64,000 bases of DNA. Source: an uncultured Pseudomonadales bacterium (GTDB lineage Bacteria > Patescibacteriota > Microgenomatia > UBA1400 > MFAQ01). How positions within the stretch are numbered: the first letter of the stretch is position 1; every line of letters starts with the position of its first letter. Location of the stretch: positions 67,573 through 131,572 of the forward strand of contig CAYTOI010000001.1 of assembly GCA_964439805.1 (NCBI GenBank), in the 5' to 3' direction. Positions 9,764 through 18,180 of the stretch are shown here, piece after piece. The notes under the pieces are model-generated. The model made no database searches. It was not told where the DNA came from and saw only the letters and a program-made list of their open reading frames with translations. A program made the translations under genes and the position numbers.

Positions 9764-9846
9764 GGAGGCGTCCGATAGTGGTTATTCGAGCGGATTGCTA
9801 ATCCGCGGCCCAAAAGGCCCCGTGGGTTCGAATCCCACCGCCTCCG
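9764..9846 (+). tRNA. tRNA-Ser (anticodon GCU)
   Basis: Acceptor GGAGGCG/CGCCUCC, anticodon stem GCGGA/UCCGC with loop UUGCUAA, long variable arm GGCCCAAAAGGCCC, T arm GUGGG-UUCGAAU-CCCAC, discriminator G. Confidence 0.85.
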
Positions 9847-9982
9847 CAATAAAATCTGTCCGCCTTGTGTGGGCAGATTTTTATTGCCAAAGTGGGAATC
9901 GAACATGCCGGAACCAGTTTCGTAACGAACCTGGTGAGGCCGGTCCTGAACAAAAGTGAGGGCGAATCCCACCGCCTCCGCA
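9847..9982 (+). mobile_element. tRNA-Ser(GCU)-associated ~120-nt element ending in a 20-nt copy of the tRNA 3' end
   Basis: Terminator hairpin at 9851-9885 (aaaatctg..gcc/ggc..cagatttt plus T-run). A ~75-nt segment follows that is homologous to the 7595-7676 segment (ggaatcgaaca..cggaacc..agtttcgtaacgaacctg..tgag..ggtcctga..aaagtga). cgaatcccaccgcctccgca at 9963-9982 repeats 9827-9846. Confidence 0.5.
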
Positions 9983-10030
9983 AATTACGATATACTTTCC
10001 CCAAAGATCTTTACAAAAAAGGAGAAACTC

Positions 10031-10633
10031 ATGACTGATTGTGTATTCTGTGACTTTTCAAAAATAAAAGAGAGAACTATTGCCACCATTGAGGGATTTA
10101 ATATTGTTGCCACTTTTGGCCAAATCACCAACGGTGGATACTTACTCTTAATCCCCTCAAGACACATCCCCTGCCTCGGTGATCTTAAGGCTGAAGAAAT
10201 TACAATATTTGAAAACATATTAAGTCAAACAATAGTCTTTTTGGAAGAAGAGTATCAAAACGGTGTTACCTTATTCGAACACGGCATCGTAGGCCAGACC
10301 GTCAAACATGCCCATCTTCATCTAATACCTTCCAAAATAAAATTCCACAAAAATATTGTTTCTGATTTCCCCCACTCAGAAATGCAGTCAATCAGCAGCT
10401 TCACTCAACTTTCAAGTCTATTTAAAAAACGACAAGAACCCTATCTCCTCTGGTCAACCTCAAACAATTACTACCAAATTTGCTGGAACCCTCCAGCCGT
10501 CCCAGAATACCTTCGCACTCTTTCAGCTCAAACTCTTGGAGTTCCAGAACGAGGCAGTTGGCGAAACATGGATCCAAAACTAGACAAAGAGCTGATTGAC
10601 CAAACAATGACAAGAATGTTTCCTTTTTTTTAA
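10031..10633 (+). CDS. HIT-family (histidine triad) hydrolase
   Basis: HAHLHLIP histidine-triad motif. ATG at 10031 is preceded by AAAGGAG; the longer ORF-track start at 9956 would overlap the tRNA-derived repeat. Confidence 0.8.
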   Translation: MTDCVFCDFSKIKERTIATIEGFNIVATFGQITNGGYLLLIPSRHIPCLGDLKAEEITIFENILSQTIVFLEEEYQNGVTLFEHGIVGQTVKHAHLHLIPSKIKFHKNIVSDFPHSEMQSISSFTQLSSLFKKRQEPYLLWSTSNNYYQICWNPPAVPEYLRTLSAQTLGVPERGSWRNMDPKLDKELIDQTMTRMFPFF

Positions 10634-10645
10634 TTCCTAACCTTC

Positions 10646-10671
10646 AGACCTGAGCAATCAGGTCTTTTTTT
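10646..10671 (+). terminator. Rho-independent terminator after the HIT gene
   Basis: agacctga-gcaa-tcaggtct hairpin followed by TTTTTTT. Confidence 0.6.
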
Positions 10672-11368
10672 AATGCCCCAAGGCAAAACCCCAAACCACT
10701 GCCACTCCAGCTTGTTTTAAAACCTTACAGCACTCTTTCATGTTCGACCCAGTTGTAAAAACATCATCTACAAGCAACACCTTCTTTCCACTCAAACTTT
10801 TATTTTCTCTATCTTGAGTTCTTGATTCCTTGGGTTCTTGAGTTCTAATTGAAAAAGCATCCCTAATATTTTCAACTCTTTCCTCCCTGCTCTTCATCAA
10901 AGCTTGCTGCTTGGTATTTTTGATCCTTTTTAAAACATTTACACAAGGTACCCCAACCTTCTCACCCAGCACTCTCCCAATTTCCTCAGCCTGATTAAAA
11001 CCTCTCCAATTTTGACGATAAAAATGCAAAGGAACAGGGACTAAACAATCAAAATTAACACCGGTCTCAATGCTCATATTCTCAAAAAGCCTAGCCACTA
11101 AATCCTTATTAAAATCATATTTGATTGTATCTACAACCGACCTCACACTAGGATCTCCATACTCAAAAAGCACTATCAACCCGTCCATACCTAAGTCCCT
11201 CTTGCACTTCTCATGAGTCCAGCCCATTATTGATTCCTGCTCACACATGGGGCATATCTGGGCTGATATACCCAACTCTTTCTCACAACCCACACACAAG
11301 TCTTCTTCCAGCTTGCCACAAACAGCACATGTCTTGGGGAAGAAAAAGTCCTTCAAAACACTCAACAT
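10670..11368 (-). CDS. ComF-family phosphoribosyltransferase-domain protein
   Basis: N-terminal double Cys-x2-Cys zinc finger (CAVCGK..CVGCEK..CPMCEQ) and C-terminal PRTase motif VLLVDDVFTTGSN. Carries an in-frame octamer-repeat insertion at 10812-10846 (RTQEPKESRTQDRENKS). Confidence 0.8.
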   Translation of the reverse strand: MLSVLKDFFFPKTCAVCGKLEEDLCVGCEKELGISAQICPMCEQESIMGWTHEKCKRDLGMDGLIVLFEYGDPSVRSVVDTIKYDFNKDLVARLFENMSIETGVNFDCLVPVPLHFYRQNWRGFNQAEEIGRVLGEKVGVPCVNVLKRIKNTKQQALMKSREERVENIRDAFSIRTQEPKESRTQDRENKSLSGKKVLLVDDVFTTGSNMKECCKVLKQAGVAVVWGFALGH

Positions 11369-11445
11369 ATCTCATTTTACTTGATTTTTGAGCTCAAATG
11401 TGTTAATATTATAGGTAGTAATATATGCAGTATATTGCAGGTATT

Positions 11446-11842
11446 GGGGACGACAGGAATCGATGGGTAAGTTCATTTACAAGATGCAAGCCTCCTTTGG
11501 TAAAAGGAGTAAAAAAGACCAAAAAACAACTGTCAACAAAGAAGACAAGTTACTTGGATCCATCGATTTCGGTGGTTTCAATTCTTCCGCTCGTGCTTTC
11601 GCTTTTGCCTAAGCATAGCTTGAAGACGTCTTAGAGAATATCGGATCCCGGGGTACCTTTAAGGCGATAAAAAACCGGATTGAATGTTTTGAGTTTGATT
11701 AAGGCTCAAAAACTAACTTTTTCTTAATCGACCACACAGTGTTCTTGTTTGCCTGAAGCTTTGTGGAAAATCGGCAATCTAAGCTTGTAGTATCTTTAAA
11801 TCAATTTATTCAGACGAGAGTTCAATTCTCTCCGTCTCCACA
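11446..11842 (+). ncRNA. ssrA: tmRNA (ssrA)
   Basis: 5' GGGGACGACAGGAAUCGAUGGG resembles the E. coli 5' end. 3' GAGAG-UUCAAUU-CUCUC T arm plus CGUCUCC-A acceptor pair with the 5' end, including the G3-U70 Ala identity pair. Internal tag frame ...GGFNSSARAFAFA ends at TAA 11610-11612. smpB is adjacent. Confidence 0.8.
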
Positions 11843-12040
11843 CATAAAAGAGTCTCCCTTGCGGAGATTTTTTTATGTGTCAAGAAAAGAGATTTGAACT
11901 AAACGGAGCCAAACCTGTAACAGTTTTGGCGAGTTGGGGTCGACGAATTTGCGAAGCAAATATCGGTGACTTCAATTCTCTCCGTCTCCACACATAAAAG
12001 AGTCTCCCTTGTGGAGGCCTTTTTGTTTAAAAATTATATC
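11843..12040 (+). mobile_element. tmRNA-associated element ending in a ~50-nt copy of the tmRNA 3' end and terminator
   Basis: Terminator at 11846-11878. A ~90-nt segment then shares the ..gaac..cggagcca..aacctg-taac-agtttt..ggcgag..gggtc.. motifs with the two tRNA-Ser-associated elements. ttcaattctctccgtctccacacataaaagagtctcccttgtggag at 11971-12020 copies 11821-11870. Confidence 0.5.
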
Positions 12041-12044
12041 AAGA

Positions 12045-12146
12045 CCATAATGACTTCTGTAATTATGGGCGTAGACATAAGAGGAAGCACAGGATGATAG
12101 TTCAATAATTATTTATTATTGAACAGAAGACGAGCAAGCTCTTATT
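12045..12146. repeat. ~100-nt structured dispersed repeat, copy 2
   Basis: Near-identical to 6634-6736 and retains the same nested hairpins. Confidence 0.7.
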
Positions 12147-12401
12147 TTCTAAGAGATCTAAAAAATGCAATTTTTTCTGTAAGCAAAAGTCCCATCATTT
12201 GGTCTTTACTAGACTGCATAACAACAGCGGCCAAAAACAGGTCAAACTCATCTTCGTTCATTTTGGCAACTTTGACAGCAATATTCTCTTCCCATTTTTT
12301 AACACTCATTTTCGCGTTAAATTCATTTCCCCAAGGAAATTGCATTACGCAAGTTGGCATAATTTTTGTCCAAAAAACATCCATATTTTTTGCCTTTCAG
12401 G

Positions 12402-12839
12402 CTAAGTATTTTTTAATCTTCTCGCCAACCCAGCGTCCACGTCCCTCTTTTTGATAGCTTCCCTTTTTTCATATTTTTTCTTACCTTTAACCAAAGCTAT
12501 CTGGACCTTTATGAGACTGCCCTTATTATACAGCTTCACAGGCACCAAAGTCAAACCCGCTGATCTCATTTTGCTCTGAATTTCGATGATTTCCTTCTTG
12601 TGTAAAAGGATCTCTTTGGACCTAGAACTATCATAAGTTTCACTAGAATCATACTTATATTTCAATATATTAAGACCTATTATTTTTGCCTTACCTTCGT
12701 CAAATATTACTCTTGCTCCCGCAAAGTTCACCCCACCATCACGCACAGCCTTGACCTCAGCTCCAGTCAGCACAATACCTGCCTCATAAGACTCAATTAT
12801 CTGATAATCAAAGGTTGCTTTTTTGTTTACGAGAGACAC
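12402..12839 (-). CDS. smpB: SsrA-binding protein SmpB
   Basis: KKATFDY..IESYEAGIVLTGAEVKAVR signature and a basic C-terminal tail. Adjacent to the tmRNA. Confidence 0.9.
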   Translation of the reverse strand: MSLVNKKATFDYQIIESYEAGIVLTGAEVKAVRDGGVNFAGARVIFDEGKAKIIGLNILKYKYDSSETYDSSRSKEILLHKKEIIEIQSKMRSAGLTLVPVKLYNKGSLIKVQIALVKGKKKYEKREAIKKRDVDAGLARRLKNT

Positions 12840-12843
12840 GTAT

Positions 12844-14760
12844 CTAGTTTAACACCCCGACAGCACCTGGAAACAATACTATTAGCCTATTTTCCCCATC
12901 AAATTCTATGTCTTTTGCCTCTTTAAGCTTGTCCGACTTGATCTGTTGACTACAAACACCATCTTTTTTGCTACAAAACACTACCGAGCCTGATTTTGAA
13001 GACAACAAGGCAATTCTGTCCCCCTCTTTCTCAACTGACATTTTTTCAAACTCCATCTCAGGAGACAGCCCGCTCACGCTAAACACCTCTTTTGAGCCTC
13101 TTCTGAACCTCTCAATCTGCCCCTTTTCCTCTAACACCCATATATCTACATCAATATCCAAATCTATCGGAGAAGAAGCAATTACTTGACCCTCCTTCAG
13201 CCATCTGGCTCTTTCTCCAAATCCAGAATCAGTTAATGGGTATTTAAATATTTCCTTGTTATTTTTCTCCAAAACATAAAGGTTTGCCCCAAACTTAGCA
13301 AATGACAATGGAGATGTTACTGCCGTGTCAAACGTCATAGAACTAGACTCTTCGCCTACAGGAAACATTCCACTCTTGCTCATTACATAATATTTGGTTC
13401 CATCCGAAACCGCATCCATCCACCCCAAGCCAGCGCCTTTACCAGCCACCACTTTTACTTCTTTTGTTTTTGTATCTACCGACATTACAATTCCCAAACC
13501 AGAACTAGTAACCACAAACTTCCCATCAATCACAAAACTCATTTTGTTGGCGTTCACCCCAGCTCTTATTAACTCTAGGTTTACTAGTTCAGTAATATTA
13601 CCTCCCTTTTCCCCCGAAACACTTACCCAAGCATCTGCGATTTTTTTGTCCAATTCTTCTGCTTTTGATTTAAATTCACCACTAGAAAACTCCAGCTTTC
13701 TCAGATCAAAAGCAAGCCTCGCGTCTTCTACTAATTTCTTTGACCCAGCAGGGTTTAGTTTGGTAAGACCTATTGCTTCGTTTACGTTTTTTTCTATTGG
13801 TTGAGAAAACGAGATCCATTTGTTACTATTTTCCTGATTTTTCTTACGAACACTCCCCAGCATTAAACTGACAACAAGCAATCCAAGGAACAAAACTCCT
13901 AGAAATAATGACAATCTCTTCTGTTTTATGGTTTTCTGATCAGTAGAGATATTTACAGTTTTTCTCTCTCCGAAGCGATTTTTTATTTTTTGCCAAATAC
14001 CAATTTTTCCAACATACTTATCACTCGCCAGAATCTCCCTCTCAAAAACTTCCACTCCACTCTTGACTCCTTCTTCTACCTTTGCAGGTTCAATTTCCTC
14101 AGTCTTATTCTCCACAACTTCTTCCAAAACAACTGTCGGATTCTCCTCTTCAACCGCCAAACCCTCTGCAACCATTTTAAAACCAGCATAGCTTCCCAAG
14201 CTTAAGTCTTCTTTTGCACTTTCCCACGTCTCAAAATCTTCGCTTAAGTTCCCCACCCAAAATCTTACAACATCCTTGTCTTTCAGTTCTCCAGTAATAA
14301 CTTTCCCATTTTCTAAATTTTTCCCTATATCTATCTGTGTTCCTTCTCTTTCAATTATCAGTTTCCCTTTCGTGTTTCCCACCATTTTTATTTTTCTTAC
14401 TCCAGACACCATCACCACCCAAACCCAAAGACAATCAAATTCAGGGTATTTCTCCAAAAAACCAGCAAACAAGCCGGTCAAATTCCCTCCAGTTTCATCA
14501 GCATTAAAAAATTCCTCTACCCAATTTGTCATCTCTACTTCAACGTCTGCCCATCCTTCTTTTTTCTCCGACTTTACCACTCCAAACAACGCCCCTTTTT
14601 GTTTTAGCTCCACCTCATCAAAAGGCAATCTAGCAAAAACCTGAGACCACGAAGAAGTGTCTTCTTCACACACAAATCTAAGAAAGTTTAATCCAAAACC
14701 ATTATTCACACTAATATAACTATAACAGTTATAGCGATACAAAGGAAACAAAATCCCCAA
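12844..14760 (-). CDS. Hypothetical membrane-anchored protein
   Basis: 638 aa: soluble N-terminal ~260 aa, one TM (LSLFLGVLFLGLLVVSLMLG), then a ~350-aa beta-rich probable extracellular domain. The start codon is uncertain. Confidence 0.5.
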   Translation of the reverse strand: MGILFPLYRYNCYSYISVNNGFGLNFLRFVCEEDTSSWSQVFARLPFDEVELKQKGALFGVVKSEKKEGWADVEVEMTNWVEEFFNADETGGNLTGLFAGFLEKYPEFDCLWVWVVMVSGVRKIKMVGNTKGKLIIEREGTQIDIGKNLENGKVITGELKDKDVVRFWVGNLSEDFETWESAKEDLSLGSYAGFKMVAEGLAVEEENPTVVLEEVVENKTEEIEPAKVEEGVKSGVEVFEREILASDKYVGKIGIWQKIKNRFGERKTVNISTDQKTIKQKRLSLFLGVLFLGLLVVSLMLGSVRKKNQENSNKWISFSQPIEKNVNEAIGLTKLNPAGSKKLVEDARLAFDLRKLEFSSGEFKSKAEELDKKIADAWVSVSGEKGGNITELVNLELIRAGVNANKMSFVIDGKFVVTSSGLGIVMSVDTKTKEVKVVAGKGAGLGWMDAVSDGTKYYVMSKSGMFPVGEESSSMTFDTAVTSPLSFAKFGANLYVLEKNNKEIFKYPLTDSGFGERARWLKEGQVIASSPIDLDIDVDIWVLEEKGQIERFRRGSKEVFSVSGLSPEMEFEKMSVEKEGDRIALLSSKSGSVVFCSKKDGVCSQQIKSDKLKEAKDIEFDGENRLIVLFPGAVGVLN

Positions 14761-14921
14761 ACCAAAACCCTCAAACTTCCCCCAATTGGATAGTTCACCA
14801 CCTTATTCATAAGACCAGATTGCCTCACCATAATAAGAGACAGAATAGAAAGAAGTATGAACCCCACATTCACCATCACATTAACTATCAGGTTAACGAT
14901 GTTATTTATAGACAGTTCCAT
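14706..14921 (-). CDS. Small membrane protein, hypothetical
   Basis: 71 aa with two hydrophobic segments. Overlaps the end of the neighbouring gene, so support is weak. Confidence 0.3.
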   Translation of the reverse strand: MELSINNIVNLIVNVMVNVGFILLSILSLIMVRQSGLMNKVVNYPIGGSLRVLVWGFCFLCIAITVIVILV

Positions 14922-14923
14922 TT

Positions 14924-15565
14924 TTATCTTCTCCTTTCTTCATCTTCATTATCAATAAGTTGTGAAATAACCTGTACCACCTTGTCGGGACTAGAAATAT
15001 TTTCAAAGGTAAAGGCTGACAGCTCTCCAGATGCGTCAGGTGTTTTTTGTTCTGAAGCAGTCTGGACGATTACGTCCCCCATATTAAACAAGCTATCCAA
15101 TAACCCATTTTGCGAATAATTGACATCTTCTAGTTTGTGTAGTTCAGCGACGTTTACAGTTTTGTTAAGCAGTCCAGTAAAATCCACATCCACCAGCCTT
15201 TCATCTGTAACGATATAAACGTTATAAAACCACAAAAGAAAATTCATAATTACAAAATAAATTATGCTCAAGTACCAAAGAATGGTAATTTTTTCAAAAA
15301 CGACTTCCGACAGCACTTCAAAAAAAGGAAATGAATGCCAAAAAACGGGAACAATTAAAGCCAACACTACCAAAGAAAGCCACTTTGTGTTTGTAATAGG
15401 ATGTCTCCTTCCCAAAAGAATCACTTCTTCACTTTCGTGCTGAGCATCAAAACAAAGTTTATGAGGATTAATTACAAACGAATCCCAAAAATTACTAGAA
15501 TAGCCAGCACCCAACATCCTCTGTATTTGTTCTGACTCCTTCTCCTTTTTGTAGACTTCTACCAT
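14924..15565 (-). CDS. Bacterial PH-domain (YdbS/YdbT-like) membrane protein
   Basis: Two TM helices followed by a VYIVTDERLVDVDF..GDVIVQT region typical of bPH_2 (DUF304). Confidence 0.6.
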   Translation of the reverse strand: MVEVYKKEKESEQIQRMLGAGYSSNFWDSFVINPHKLCFDAQHESEEVILLGRRHPITNTKWLSLVVLALIVPVFWHSFPFFEVLSEVVFEKITILWYLSIIYFVIMNFLLWFYNVYIVTDERLVDVDFTGLLNKTVNVAELHKLEDVNYSQNGLLDSLFNMGDVIVQTASEQKTPDASGELSAFTFENISSPDKVVQVISQLIDNEDEERRR

Positions 15566-15583
15566 TACCTATATTGTACCAAA

Positions 15584-17353
15584 TCACTTCTTCTCAATAT
15601 TAAACAAGCCACTGAGCAAGGCAACCCTCCCTGAAACCCTAAGATTAAAAACTGTATAAAAATCTTTACCAGAAACATCAAAACCCCCTTTATCCGTATC
15701 AAAATGCACATTAGCTGTAACTCCATTCTCTCCGTAGCTAACCGACACTCCACTTACTGAAGATATTCCCCAACCCTTGTTTTTTGATTCTGACTTCATC
15801 TGCTCCCTAGAATAAGTTTCTTTACTCTGACCAAAACAGCTTTGGTAATCTAATGGCCATATTTTAGAAGCATCTCCGTTTTTGTAAACCACTATCGCAT
15901 TTAGGATGTCTGCCATTTCTTCCGAGGTTAGCCAAGGATGGGACCTCCCGCAACTATTACCAGCTCTATTTTTGTACCAGGCTTTATAAAACCAAGGGCT
16001 GCCACCGGTCTTCTCATACGCCATAGATGTCCAGCCACCTCTTCCAGACGGAGTATCCCAAAAAGCAGGTGTGTTGTAGTGACTTCCATCTTTACGATAA
16101 TCAAGTGCGTCGTAAGATTCTTGATATCCTCCAGAAGTAGATGCATACCAAGGCTTTATCATTTTTCCATCTTTCATCAGCACCCATCCTCTAGTGGCAT
16201 TGACCGCCTCTTCCCACTTTCCGCCTTTGTTTGAATTTTTATAAACCTGACAACTTTCGGTTGTGCAAATTGAACCAGCAGTTCCCTCTTTTGTCCATGC
16301 CAGAGCATAAGTTCTTGCTGCCACAGCTTGGGCCTTGAGTGCTTCAAAACCACCATTATCTCCCCAGCTATTTGGAACTTCATAAACTCTCTTGGTATAT
16401 GTTTCTATATCCATTCGTCCATAACCTTCTACCCCAATCTGTTTTCCACTATCATAATCTTTCTTTATTTCCACTCCTCCATAATATGCTTTGAGAATAT
16501 CCTCAGCGTTCTGTCCACTTTTTGCTCTTCCATAAGCTCCATATTGACTCATGCCTTTAAAATGAGGTGCTCCAAAAGAAAAGGCGGCAAAGGCCGGAGA
16601 AAAACCAGGGTTGTAATCCGGTCTACTAGCTGCATCATCTGCGAGAGGCACATCTCCAACTGTAGTAGAAAAGGTTCCTGTTTTTTCTGCAAGCAAGCTT
16701 TGTTGTTGTGCAGACAAAGCAGCTATCTTATTTCCCAATTCACTCTGATAGGCTTTCGCTTTTTTCACTTCTCCCAAGAAGAAATTATTTTGTTTATCTA
16801 GTTCTGTTTGCAGTTTTGCCAGCTGAACCTTTTGAACTTCCAGTTTTTGCTTGTCAATCTCCAAAGAAGATATCTCTGTAACAAGCGAAACTATTATTTG
16901 TCTATCTTTATCGTTTGTATCTTGCCTGTAGGCAATTTCCCTACGAATTTCTCCCAGTGGCTTTCCAGAAACCAAATTTGCCCACAAGGGCCGAGATCTT
17001 AATCTTTTGTACATTTCCCGAAGCTTAACTGATAAGACCAAATATTGTTCCGAAACTTTTTCTCCTCTTTTTTTTATTTCTATCTCTGTTTCTTTTTGTT
17101 TTTTGGCTGCACTGTCCATTTGAGACTGAATCGATTTTATTCTGGTACTAAGCTTGCTGATCTCCGACTCCAAGGGACGAGTAGCCGCCACACTCATTTC
17201 CATCGACTTGTTTAGCTCACTTATCTGATCCCCCAAACACTTATACAGATCATCACCATTTTTTCCAGAACAATTCACCTCAGCAAAAACAAATGTTTTC
17301 AACAGAACAAACATCAAGGCAATAATCAGAAGATATCTCTTATACATCCACAT
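15584..17353 (-). CDS. Secreted coiled-coil protein with C-terminal SpoIID/LytB-like domain
   Basis: Signal peptide, ~200-aa coiled coil, then GAPHFKGMSQYGAYG...AARTYALAW...TESCQVYK, which resembles SpoIID/LytB amidase-enhancer domains. Confidence 0.6.
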   Translation of the reverse strand: MWMYKRYLLIIALMFVLLKTFVFAEVNCSGKNGDDLYKCLGDQISELNKSMEMSVAATRPLESEISKLSTRIKSIQSQMDSAAKKQKETEIEIKKRGEKVSEQYLVLSVKLREMYKRLRSRPLWANLVSGKPLGEIRREIAYRQDTNDKDRQIIVSLVTEISSLEIDKQKLEVQKVQLAKLQTELDKQNNFFLGEVKKAKAYQSELGNKIAALSAQQQSLLAEKTGTFSTTVGDVPLADDAASRPDYNPGFSPAFAAFSFGAPHFKGMSQYGAYGRAKSGQNAEDILKAYYGGVEIKKDYDSGKQIGVEGYGRMDIETYTKRVYEVPNSWGDNGGFEALKAQAVAARTYALAWTKEGTAGSICTTESCQVYKNSNKGGKWEEAVNATRGWVLMKDGKMIKPWYASTSGGYQESYDALDYRKDGSHYNTPAFWDTPSGRGGWTSMAYEKTGGSPWFYKAWYKNRAGNSCGRSHPWLTSEEMADILNAIVVYKNGDASKIWPLDYQSCFGQSKETYSREQMKSESKNKGWGISSVSGVSVSYGENGVTANVHFDTDKGGFDVSGKDFYTVFNLRVSGRVALLSGLFNIEKK

Positions 17354-17426
17354 CTAGTTTATATTATTTCTGATATCTGACATCTGAGATCTGACATCTA
17401 TATATCAATCCCATGCTAAAATTACA

Positions 17427-17822
17427 GTGGCTATGAAACGTCTTTTTACCCTATTGTCCCTTATTTTGGTTGTTTTCTTGTCACCTACTAAAACCTTTGC
17501 AGCTGATCCGTATTGCACACAGGGAGATCCTAGCTCTGGCATTCAAACTGCCATTGGCTGTATTTCCACAAGCGCCGAAGGATCAGGTGGATTTTTTGAA
17601 GCCATACTCAGAGTATTTGTGGGTATCGGTGGTGGACTCGCCCTTTGCCTTATGCTTTATGGAGTTTTTATTGTCACTACCTCAGCCGGTATCCCCGACA
17701 AGCTCAAAGAAGGCAGTGAAATAATAACTTCCACCATAGCCGGCCTTATTTTTATCCTCCTTTCCGTCTTTTTACTCAATCTTATTGGCATTAATATTTT
17801 GGGTCTTCCGGGATTAAAATAA
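17427..17822 (+). CDS. TrbC/VirB2-like T4SS pilin family protein
   Basis: Signal peptide, two TM helices and an inter-helix SAGIPDKLKEGSEIITSTIAGL segment equivalent to the GGDK-N-K motif of the downstream paralogs. Confidence 0.55.
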   Translation: MAMKRLFTLLSLILVVFLSPTKTFAADPYCTQGDPSSGIQTAIGCISTSAEGSGGFFEAILRVFVGIGGGLALCLMLYGVFIVTTSAGIPDKLKEGSEIITSTIAGLIFILLSVFLLNLIGINILGLPGLK

Positions 17823-17826
17823 ACTT

Positions 17827-18177
17827 ATGAAATTAATTCCATTATCTTTTGCAGCAGACGAGGCAGATATTTCAAGCCTTTACAATCCCGCCAAAAATTT
17901 TTCAAATTTAGGCAAAAATGGCAAAGTTTCTGATCTATTCAAGTCTGGAAACGGACTAGACGTCATTAATCTTATTTTTATCATTATTGGCATTCTGTTC
18001 TTTGCTAACCTAGTTATGGCTGGCTGGGATTACATGCTCAGTTCTGGAGATCCAAAAAAGGCAGCTGTGGCCAGCACCCGTATAACTAATGGTCTTACCG
18101 GCCTAGTTATGGCCTTTACTGCATATTTAATAGTCAAAATCATCTCCTCTTTACTCGGTTTAGGTGTTAATATCTAA
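17827..18177 (+). CDS. TrbC/VirB2-like T4SS pilin family protein
   Basis: Two TM helices flanking SGDPKKAAVASTRITNGLTGL. Paralog of the 20358-22986 array. Confidence 0.6.
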   Translation: MKLIPLSFAADEADISSLYNPAKNFSNLGKNGKVSDLFKSGNGLDVINLIFIIIGILFFANLVMAGWDYMLSSGDPKKAAVASTRITNGLTGLVMAFTAYLIVKIISSLLGLGVNI

Positions 18178-18180
18178 AAA

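Noticed and set aside
9956-10030. N-terminal extension of the HIT ORF (track start 9956)
   Set aside because: The extension overlaps the tRNA-derived repeat and terminator region. An ATG at 10031 with an AAAGGAG ribosome-binding site gives a standard-length HIT protein.
11425-11634. 69-aa ORF in the track
   Set aside because: It lies entirely within the tmRNA gene and in a different frame from the tag peptide. The ssrA fold (G3-U70, T-loop, adjacent smpB) explains the region better.
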